Shown piece by piece: positions 21,126 to 31,492 of a stretch of 41,272 nt of DNA. The translations under genes and the position numbers were made by a program. The notes under the pieces were generated by a model. That model worked only from the letters and a program-made list of their open reading frames with translations. It made no database searches and was not told the DNA's origin. Source of the DNA: Nemertoderma westbladi (Eukaryota; Animalia; Xenacoelomorpha). Numbering within the stretch: position 1 is the stretch's first letter; the number at the start of each line of letters is the position of its first letter. The stretch covers positions 1 to 41,272 of the forward strand of contig JAUCBJ010007393.1 in the NCBI GenBank assembly GCA_032718475.1, given 5' to 3'.

Positions 21126-21490
21126 TTAAACATTTAGTGATTGAATTTAGTAGTAGTAGTCAATAGAAAGCAGCCCATGCAAGGATTCCAAATATGTAAA
21201 CATATTTGAATTTGGTTGGTAAATAGCTGAGATATGGGCATTCGAATGTTGCATGTATTTGCTTCTGCTACGGGGCGTTTATTCTATTAATAAATATATA
21301 CACAATGTCTTATTTTTTATACACAAATATAAGACCTTCGTTTTTTTTAATAACGCGCCATTCGTTCGTGTAATAAATCCACTCGGAGTCAGAACTCTAA
21401 AAAGTGCTAGTTTTCACTTTATCTTTATAATATTTTTCTATATATTTTTCTGATATAAAAATACTTAAGTTTTAATTTTTTACATTTCAG

Positions 21491-21526
21491 CTGAAATTAT
21501 AATCTCCTTTCCACCAACTACTACAG
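21491..21526 (+). CDS. Candidate 36-nt phase-1/1 micro-exon (xEIIISFPPTTT)
   Basis: T-rich tract + tttcag acceptor, CAG|gtaaat donor; length is a multiple of 3 with no stop. Confidence 0.55.
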
Positions 21527-21917
21527 GTAAATATAAACGAATTTAATTTCTTTATTACAATATTAATCACACTTTTTTCGCCATAATTATGTATGTATTA
21601 TAGTTATTATTATCATTAGTGCTAAACGAAACAGTATAAGCTTACCAAATACTGAGGAAACAAGTTCATATTTTAGTGAAGATATGTGTTTTTACATTGG
21701 GAACCTACTGTATTTATATGTATTTACTGTATTTACTGAATTTACATTTAATATTAAAAAATTAAAGTAAATTATTATAACATTCTAATCTTCATATACA
21801 ATTAAACTGTACATTTATACAGTAAGTTAAAGGTGGCGGAGCTTGGATGTCTATTTGGTTTGATTTGTAAATATATAAATGATTGAATTTAATGAACAAA
21901 TTGTTTCTTTATTTCAG

Positions 21918-21941
21918 ATGAGATTATTATTGATTCATCAG
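21918..21941 (+). CDS. Candidate 24-nt phase-1/1 micro-exon (DEIIIDSS)
   Basis: tttctttatttcag acceptor, CAG|gtaatt donor; shares EIII with the preceding candidate. Confidence 0.55.
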
Positions 21942-22220
21942 GTAATTTCATTATACACATATTGAACCATATGATGTATGTTATCATATTTTTGTATTTT
22001 TAATATGACATGATGATGATGAGTATGATAGTGTTAGGAGAGCCGCGAACACTTTTGTGAATTAATCTAAAAATAAAATAAAATACTTTATATAATTCAA
22101 TAAACAATTAAACGATTTAAAGATTTAAAGATTCAAAGTATTTAATAATTAATAATCATCTTAACTGCTCAACTATATAATATATTCTTTTCCTAGTATC
22201 ATTTACATACGGTTTCACAG

Positions 22221-22238
22221 CTGAATATTCCTTTACAA
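22221..22238 (+). CDS. Candidate 18-nt phase-1/1 micro-exon (AEYSFT)
   Basis: gtttcacag acceptor, gtaact donor; begins CTGAA and contains TCCTTT like the 36-nt candidate. Confidence 0.4.
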
Positions 22239-22668
22239 GTAACTTCGTAAACCACTGTTAATTTACCGAACAGATATTTACAAAAATAATATTAAATTAA
22301 TTAATCACTACAAGACTCCCCCCACCAAATGCTGAGTTTATTGATATGTCACGTAGTCTATAAATGTAACAGTTTTCCTGGCTTTCTTTGAGTTATCAGT
22401 TACTTTCAGTTTTATCCTAAGAAGTCAGCCGTCACTAAGCTTGGGTACTGACATACTTACTCTTTTCTTTTGACTAATTTCGTGAACAGGTTTTAATCGG
22501 TAGACCGATACTGTGTCCTTACGTTTTCCCATTTGAACAACAAAAAATTTGGGTGACTTTCAAGGACAACAAAGGAACCAATATAAGGTGCCTCTAGTGG
22601 TCTTTGTCTATAAACGGTCTTCTTATAGCCAGGTTGCTGGCTTTTCTAGTATAAAGTTAATCATTACA

Positions 22669-25300
22669 CTACTACTACTACTACTACTAGGATCGTCATG
22701 CTGCATTGCAGCTACATTTTTAAGAACGCTGTGCCGGCTTATCGACAAAATTGCACCGCCACAACTCCCTATCACCCATGACATTTGCTAGATCATCCGC
22801 ATCTTCAAGGCCAGTGTCCTTTAAGATGCGTCTCAAGAAAGTCATGGGCTGTCCACCATGCTTATTCACTCCATGAGGCTGCCAAAGTACAAGATTATGC
22901 ACTGGCTGGTCCTCGCGGCGAAAGCAATGTCCTGCAAAGCGGAGGCGATTTTGTTCTAGTGTCAAGCTTGGGGGAACCAATGAGACACCTCCAATGTTAT
23001 ATAGTGTCTGGTTGGAGATGTGTGCATTGTACTTGACACAATGAACCCGGCGTAGCATTCTTGTGAATGTGCCATCCAGAGATTTGGTGTCCTCAGCAGT
23101 TAGAGCCCAGCATGGACTCCCATAGAGGAGTACTGGAACTACTGCTGCTCTAAATAATCGGACCTTAAGTTTCCGATTAATTCTCGGTAACTTCCAAATC
23201 CTGGAAAGCCTATTCAAGGCTGCCCATGCCTTTCCCTTACGTATTCGAAGGTCCTCACCTGACTTCCGGATCCATGATCCCAGGTAACAGAAGTCGTCCA
23301 CATGCTCAAGTATACCATCCTTTGAGCTTATGCTTATCCGATCAGAGACTTGCTGAGGACTTTCAAAGTTAACTGTCAAAATTTTGGTCTTTCTGGAGTT
23401 AATAAAAAGACCAACACTAGAAGCAGCATGTTCTAATGAGCTGAGGAGCCGTTGGGCTCCCTCTAGTGATTCTGAGAGTACTCCTAAGTCATCAGCAAAG
23501 TCTAGATCAGTTAGGTACTTGGCAGGATTTTCTCGACTTCTGGAGCCAGTAGGTGGAGTTATCATCACCCTAAGTGCCAAAATGGGCTCCATGGTCCCAC
23601 GACCTTTACGGAACCCATTCTGATTTCCAAAGAGCAGTCTCTCAATGGGATCCCTGATGCGATTTAATAGAATTCTATTGTATAGCTTTGCAGCAATCGA
23701 GATCAATGAGATTCCCCGAAAAGAACCATAGAGTGTTAGGTTGCCCTTCTTGGGAACTGGCACCAACTTATTTGTTTTAATTTCTTGTGGGACTCTTGTT
23801 GTTCGGTACATGTCTACTATGATGGGATAGATGAGCTTTAAACACTCAGGTATTTTAAAGACCTCAGGGGGAACACCATCTACTCCACTGGCACGATTGG
23901 TCTTAATGCTCAGTGCAGCAGCCTTCACTTCTGCAAAGGAGATATCACCAATGGGAATATCTGGGAGTACAGATTCAGACACTTTTACTTCTATACAGTT
24001 ATCAGGCAATACCCTGTCATTATTGAGGAGCTTTTCAAAGTGGGCCTTCCAACCATTGAGGCGATCGGCTGGTGATTCAGCCTTAACCTTGGTGGTTGGT
24101 TGGCTTTTGCGACCAGCAAGCAAGTTGATCGATCTCCATGCCTGGGATGATTGCCTGCTGTCGTCAGCATCATTGATGGCATCAACCTGTTGGTTTATTA
24201 GCTCCTGTAGATTAACAGAGTACTGCCCGTTCAGGGACCTAGATGCAGCCTTAACTGCATTCTTGGCCGCTGTAGTCTGTTTGAGTCGGGACTCTTTCTG
24301 CGCCTTGTAGAGGTCATTTCGGCACTTCTGAATTTTGTTGTCAGTCCAGGGGGCCCGTTTCCTGTTTCGAGGGTATACATGAACTGTTTCTGCAGCTGCT
24401 AACTTAACTGCTTCTGTGAAGGCAGAATAGCCCTCACAGTGATCTGACGCCTCAGAGGCAAGAACCTCATACCTGTTGATCAGCTGTAGTGTGAAGCTGG
24501 ATCTCACACTTTGTGTGACGGGATTCAGTTCAATGATCCCGACCGAATAAGGTTGTACGCGTCACTTCGCTGCTGGGCTGCTGAACTAGTATCTTTGGCC
24601 GAAGCCCGTTCGGGAAAATAACAAAGTTTCTGTTTCTCGGTGTTAATGTTTCCAGTGATAATAGCACAGTATGTATGACAAATAATAATAGGAATTGTAA
24701 CACAGAATAATGACAGCAGTATATGAAATGATAGTCAAAACTATTGCCGGTCCGCAACTGTGTGATTGATGAACTGACCGGTAAATCAGTAATCAGAGTA
24801 AATATATGATTGATACACATACATATTGATTTCACCACTACACTACTCTGGTCTTTGCTACCCAATGGATGTCCTTCTATCTTTCTCCACGTGCTTCCCT
24901 GCCCGCTATTGGCTTATATACTCATTGTCACTTTGGCACTCCCTAAAGGTGTTAGCCCCTGCTGCTAGCCTCCACTAGCTGGGTTTTCCCTCTGAGGTGG
25001 TTTGACCTCTCACCTCTCTCTGTGGCTTAGGGCGTGTGTCGCCCTCCCCCCCCCCCCCCCCGAGTTGGTTATGAGGCGAGATTATTATTGGTAATCTCGC
25101 ATCACCAACTATATTGGTAAAATGCCACTGGTCCCATTTTTTGGGTGGGTAATGAAAGGGAATTGAATCCGCTTATACTTGGCTGTTGCAACAGAGAGGA
25201 CCAGTCATGCCGCGGCAAGGCAGATTTCGTTGTTCTGCCAGCACGCAGACTAAGTCTTACCTTGGCCACAATAAGGCGGTGATCACTAGAGAAGGGTCGA
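22669..25300 (-). mobile_element. RTE-clade non-LTR retrotransposon, internally deleted; 5' boundary approximate
   Basis: (TAG)n tail at 22669-22690; RT ORF; no endonuclease recognisable upstream. Confidence 0.75.
22720..24507 (-). pseudogene. RTE ORF remnant: linker + RT lacking its central motifs + C-terminal domain
   Basis: ASGVDGVPPE, VPKKG, FRGISL, QNGFRKGR, LDFADD, FCYLGS, RLRFAGHC. The segment carrying DFxKAFD and QG (present in the other RTE copy) is missing in frame. Confidence 0.85.
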
Positions 25301-25939
25301 AGTGTAAATGTATCATCATCATCACACTGTAAAGTACTACTTTACACACAATGTAAATAGTTATTATATTAAGTTATACTTTATAATAAATATAAACGGT
25401 TTGCTCCTTGAAACCCCAAAGGCCAGACGATTGCCCAGTGCAACGATTTGCACCTGTTTCCTAGAGATCACCGGAAACACCACATATTTGTTTTAAGGGT
25501 TTAGAAAATTAATTTAATTTAATACATTAAAGGGAAGGGAGCAGGTTACAGTTGCAGTGTTTTCTAACCAAACAATAAACGAAATTTTATTTCATATGGA
25601 AGCAATTTGAGTTTGAGATCATATTTTCAATTTTCTACTAAGATAACTATAATTAATTTACAAATTCTATTTTAATAAAATAAGAAATTATGTAACTTGG
25701 AAATCTTAATTATCACTACCGCACTTGTGTGTCAATATTTAAATTAAGAATGAATAAGTACATAGCTTACGAGAATGCCATTAATATTATTTATTATTGG
25801 TTAAAAGATGGCCAAGTACGAACAGCGATTGGGCACAGTAGTTTCAGCAGATGATGGTATTGACAGATGGGAGGCTATGAGGAAGTAAATTGCGGACATA
25901 CAAGGTATCATCTAGTATTTCCAGGTCCATCTTTTACCT

Positions 25940-26220
25940 GAGCCGCTAGCTGAATGGTTAGAGCGTCAGACTTCCAACACGGAGGTCACCAGTTCGATCC
26001 CACCTGGACGTCATTGCCGACTTTGGCAATGACGTCCAAAGAACATTTTATTAACATTACATCGATTTATCACCAGGAGAGCCAGAAGACAGTAACCTGC
26101 ACGGTCACTATGAACCATGCGAGCCACCAATACCAATGTGTGAGATACTCGTCTGTGATGGGGATTTCGTTATCTGTGGAGAATGCGAGTACAGTTGGTG
26201 TCAACCAGTTTGTTGTTTAA
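25940..26220 (+). mobile_element. tRNA-derived SINE-like element (Pol III A/B boxes); 3' end uncertain
   Basis: A box TAGCTGAATGG (25947-57), B box GTTCGATCC (25992-26000), CTTCCAA loop reminiscent of tRNA-Gly(TCC). The acceptor and anticodon stems do not pair. Confidence 0.6.
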
Positions 26221-26334
26221 TCTCAGATATTGGTAATTTAATTTTTAATATTTCTGCATAAAACCCCCTATATGTGTAGACCCTTCTAGGGGTTGCGGAC
26301 ATACGTGAGTGATTGATGTATCAATCAGAACTGT

Positions 26335-29075
26335 GTTAGTTATTGATGAGTAGTTATTGATGAGTTAGTTATTGAAGAGTTAGCTATTGATGAGTTAGTT
26401 ATTGGTGAGTTAGTTATTGCTGAGTTAGTTATTGGTGAGTTAGTTATTGCTGAGTTAGTTATTGGTGAGTTAGTTATTGCTGAGTTAGTTATTGGTGAGT
26501 TAGTTATTGGTGAGTTAGTTATTGGTGACTTAGTTATTGATGAGTTAGTTATTGGTGAGTTAGTTATTGGTGAGTTAGTTATTGGTGAGTTAGTTATTGG
26601 TGAGTTAGTTATTGGTGAGTTAGTTATTGGTGAGTTAGTTATTGGTGAGTTAGTTATTGGTGAGTTAGTTATTGGTGAGTTAGTTATTGGTGAGTTAGTT
26701 ATTGATGAGTTAGTTAGTAATGAGTTAGTTATTGATGAGTTAGTTATTAGAGAGTTAGTTATTGGTGAGTTAGTTAATGGTGAGTTAGTTATTGGTGAGT
26801 TAGTAGTTATTGGTGAGTTAGTTATTGGTGAGTTAGTTATTGGTGAGTTAGTTATTAATGAGTTAGTTATTGATTAGTTAGTAATTGGTGAGTTAGTTAT
26901 TGGTGAGTTAGTTATTGGTGAGTTAGTTATTGGTGAGTTAGTTATTGGTGAGTTAGTTATTGGTGAGTTAGTTATTGGTGAGTTAGTTATTGTTGAGTTA
27001 GTTATTGGTGAGTTAGTAGTTATTGGTGAGTTAGTTATTGGTGAGGTAGTTATTGGTGAGATAGTTATTGTTGAGTTAGTTATTGGTGAGCTAGTTATTG
27101 ATGAGTTAGTTATTAATGAGTTAGTTATTGATGAGTTAGTTATTGGTGAGTTAGTTATTGGTGAGTTAGTTATTGGTGAGTTAGTTATTGTTGAGTTAGT
27201 TATTGGTGAGTTAGTTATTAATGAGTTAGTTATTGATTAGTTAGTAATTGGTGAGTTAGTTATTGGTGAGTTAGTTATTGGTGAGTTAGTTATTGGTGAG
27301 TTAGTTATTGGTGAGTTAGTTATTGGTGAGTTAGTTATTGGTGAGTTAGTTATTGGTGAGTTAGTTATTGTTGAGTTAGTTATTGGTGAGTTAGTAGTTA
27401 TTGGTGAGTTAGTTATTGGTGAGGTAGTTATTGATGAGTTAGTTATTGGTGAGTTAGTTATTGGTGAGTTAGTTATTGGTGAGTTAGTTATTGGTGAGTT
27501 AGTTATTGTTGAGTTAGTTATTGGTGAGTTAGTAGTTATTGGTGAGTTAGTTATTGGTGAGGTAGTTATTGGTGAGATAGTTATTGTTGAGTTAGTTATT
27601 GGTGAGCTAGTTATTGATGAGTTAGTTATTAATGAGTTAGTTATTGATGAGTTAGTTATTGGTGAGTTAGTTATTGGTGAGTTAGTTATTGGTGAGTTAG
27701 TTATTGTTGAGTTAGTTATTGGTGAGTTAGTATTTGATGAGTTAGTTATTAATGAGTTAGTTATTGATGAGTTAGTTATTGGTGAGTTAGTTATTGGTGA
27801 GTTAGTTATTGGTGAGTTGTTATTGGTGAGTTAGTTATTGGTGAGTTAGTTATTGCTGAGTTAGTTATTAATGAGTTAGTTATTGATGAGTTAGTTATTG
27901 GTGAGTTAGTTATTGGTGAGTTAGTTATTGGTGAGTTAGTTATTGTTGAGTTAGTTATTGGTGAGTTAGTATTTGATGAGTTAGTTATTAATGAGTTAGT
28001 TATTGATGAGTTAGTTATTGGTGAGTTAGTTATTGGTGAGTTAGTTATTGGTGAGTTAGTTATTGGTGAGTTAGTTATTGGTGAGTTAGTTATTGGTGAG
28101 TTAGTTATTGGTGAGTTAGTTATTGGTGAGTTAGTTATTGGTGAGTTAGTTATTGATGAGTTAGTTATTGGTGAGTTAGTTATTGGTGAGTTAGTTATTG
28201 GTGAGTTAGTTATTGTTGAGTTAGTTATTGGTGAGTTATTTATTGATGAGTTAGTTATTAATGAGTTAGTTATTGATGAGTTAGTTATTGGTGAGTTAGT
28301 TATTGGTGAGTTAGTTATTGGTGAGTTAGTTATTGGTGAGTTAGTTATTGGTGAGTTAGTTATTGGTGAGTTAGTTATTGGTGAGTTAGTTATTGGTGAG
28401 TTAGTTATTGGTGAGTTAGTTATTGGTGAGTTAGTTATTGATGAGTTAGTTATTGGTGAGTTAGTTATTGGTGAGTTAGTTATTGGTGAGTTAGTTATTG
28501 GTGAGTTAGTTATTGATGAGTTAGTTATTAATGAGTTAGTTATTGATGAGTTAGTTATTGGTGAGTTAGTTATTGGTGAGTTAGTTATTGGTGAGTTAGT
28601 TATTGGTGAGTTAGTTATTGGTGAGTTATTTATTGGTGAGTTAGTTATTGGTGAGTTAGTTATTGGTGAGTTAGTTATTGGTGAGTTAGTAATTGGTGAG
28701 TTAGTTATTGATGACTTAGTTATTGGTGAGTTAGTTATTGGTGAGTTAGTTATTGGTGAGTTAGTTATTGATGACTTAGTTATTAATGAGTTAGTTATTG
28801 GTGAGTTAGTTATTGGTGAGTTAGTTATTGGTGAGTTAGTTATTGGTGAGTTATTTATTGGTGAGTTAGTTATTGGTGAGTTAGTTATTGGTGAGTTAGT
28901 TATTGGTGAGTTAGTTATTGGTGAGTTAGTAATTGGTGAGTTAGTTATTGATGACTTAGTTATTGGTGAGTTAGTTATTGGTGAGTTAGTTATTGGTGAG
29001 TTAGTTATTGATGACTTAGTTATTAATGAGTTAGTTATTAATGAGTTAGTTATTGATGAGTTAGTTATTGATTGA
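26335..29075. repeat. 15-bp satellite (gagttagttattggt)n, about 2.7 kb, roughly 180 units
   Basis: Direct inspection; almost no C on the + strand. Confidence 0.98.
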
Positions 29076-29117
29076 CTTAAACTCCTATAACTATGTTTTT
29101 ATTTATCAATTATTTAG

Positions 29118-29308
29118 AGTCCACTACACCACCAGAATTTGATGACAATAATGGTCTTCCCGGTCTTCCAGGTGGTCCACCTCCACTACCTGGAGGTCTC
29201 CCTCCACTACCTGGAGGTCTCCCTCCACTACCTGGAGGTCTCCCTCCACTACCTGGAGGTCCACCTCCACTACCTGGTTTTCCAGAGCTACCACCACCTC
29301 TACCTTAA
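29118..29308 (+). CDS. Candidate terminal coding exon, Pro/Gly-rich (ESTTPPEFDDNNGLPG...(GGL/PPPLP)n...stop)
   Basis: tatttag acceptor in phase 1; GC-richer 21-bp coding-like repeat; TAA at 29306-29308. Confidence 0.55.
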
Positions 29309-29917
29309 CTAGGGGCCTAAACTGAAACTGTAATTGCAATATCGTACGGGGTATTACTGAATGTAAAGTTTGTAAATGTTTGGTGTACAAATTCCATACA
29401 TACTGTAAATGTAAATATGGTGAACACAGTGTGCAAATCGTACGGAAATATATGTTTTGGTAATAGGGTAATATAAAAAGTAATGTAAAAAAGTACATAA
29501 TGTTATAATAATTTTATTCTTTCTTACCACCAAGGTATGAATCCAAGTAGTTTGTCACACCAGGTGATTATCTATTATATTCCATATTTTGTCCACAGTT
29601 TTAAGTTATTAAGTTTCTATGAGTTTAAGTTGCTTTCATTGGCTACCACAACCACACTATATTACACGTTCGTGGGGACTTCGCGCAGCACGAGGCCTAG
29701 TTATTATATACAAATTAAAATGCAGCGACTGTATCACAAAATCAGGTTTTGAGAAATTTACCCACACCACCAATCAATCAAAGAAAGGTGGACAGTACGT
29801 GTTCACCCCTTTTAATCTCCCCCCCCCCCCCCCCACCCTTCCCAACCACCAATACATAACCGCGACATCTACCACCCACGGAAGGGTAGCACGAACTTAT
29901 TTCCAATCGCACGTTAA

Positions 29918-30206
29918 ATATGCAAAGCCAGGTGGTTTATAGGAATATAATAAACGCAGTACTCGTTTTCATTATAAGCCTCTTTGCGTTCGTCCTGTTT
30001 TGTATTTAAATATATTTCTTAAACGCAAGCTAGGACGATCTTTATAATAATAATAACTAGGGATGCGATCAATATGTGAAGCCAGGTGGTTTATATAATA
30101 ATTTAGTCAACGCAGTACTCGTCTTCATTATATGCCTCGTTGCGCTCGTCGCTTGTCCTGTTTTGTCATAAAATATTTTTCCTAAACGCAGACTGACGAT
30201 CTTTAT
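29918..30206. repeat. ~155-bp diverged tandem duplication
   Basis: aagccaggtggtttata...aacgcagtactcgt...gacgatctttata occurs twice. Confidence 0.8.
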
Positions 30207-30585
30207 ACAGTTATAACTATGCGAAGTTTCGAAACTGTGCGAGTAACTGTTGATACATCTATGTGGAGATGTGTGATATGTGGAGATGTGTGATACAACG
30301 CCAACGCATCTTATGCCGATGTAGTAATATGGGTATTGAAATAATATTAAATCAATGTACACTCTTAAAGCTGCAGCGAAAAAATGTAGCTAATTTCCTA
30401 GGTTACATATAAAATAATAATATTATTTTTAAGAACATTAATTTTACTACTTTGCAAAAATTCAATTAAAAAATAACCAGATACATTGTGGAATAAACTA
30501 TTTCAGAAGCCTACAACAGCAATGCCATGGATTGTATTTATGTTATTATATCTGTCATTTAACTGAGATAGCAATAGTAGTAATA

Positions 30586-31230
30586 GTCGAACGGTTATGC
30601 GGCCCGTCCAGCCTATAATAAACACAATTCAGTGATTGGGCTGGAATAGCAATACTGGTTGCCTCTATTACAATTCCTCTCAGGTTAGTCTACAGCCACA
30701 ACTCCCAGCAGCTAGCTCCACACCAGCAGAGACTTGACCAATAATGGGAAGGATTAAATTTGTACTCAATAATTGTGCGGTTTAATTACGTTTAGATCAA
30801 TTAAAGACACATTTATTAAAGCAAATCACTTAAACTAATTAAAAACTATAATAGAATGGCGTATGGGGATTATATCTGTATAATTTTTAAGTATAATTAT
30901 TTAAATCTTATACTGTAAAACAATTAATTTCCTTTAAAAGGCAGGTTGAAAATGGCGTTTTCACCGCAATCAACTTAATTAACTAATTAACTGCTATTAT
31001 CTTAGCTCTCGAAGGCCACACGGAAATTCTACTTGGAAAATTTCTAAACTTTTGCCAAACAACATGTGTACCAAGTTTGGATAGATTTCATCAAAGATTG
31101 GCCGAGTTATTAACGTTTAAAATTGAACACGACAGAACGACAGAACGACAGAACGACAGAACGACAGAACGACAGGTTGATTAATGGTACCACTACGCTA
31201 AGGCTCACTCACTTCGTGGCTCGCCCCACA
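30586..31230 (+). mobile_element. Probable non-autonomous Helitron/Helentron-associated (DINE/HINE-like) repeat; boundaries approximate
   Basis: (ACGACAGA)6 microsatellite at ~31128-31175, followed by a short GC-rich end (ggctcactcacttcgtggctcgcc). The architecture resembles this class; no database check was possible. Confidence 0.4.
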
Positions 31231-31492
31231 ATGACGATAAATAATCAATAGATCTGGATGGTATTACTAAAAACAGATCTACAAGCAGGGCACCAGATGG
31301 TTATATAGATTGGCCTATTAGTTAAACAATTATATTTGCCTGCTTTATTACTACAATAATGGATTTCTACTATGCGCGAATTCAGTACTTATTATTTGTT
31401 TTCTAAAAGAGAAGTTCAATGTAAAATATATTATTACTAGTTCTCCCATAATACCATACCATCAGTAAATCAAATTACAACAATACAGTAAT

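Noticed and set aside
25868-25885. Another 18-nt micro-exon
   Set aside because: Contains TGA in phase 1 and has a weak pyrimidine tract.
25940-26012. Functional tRNA-Gly gene
   Set aside because: A and B boxes are present but the acceptor and anticodon stems do not pair.
29093-29308. Formin FH1 domain
   Set aside because: The poly-proline stretch ends in a stop with no FH2 sequence following.
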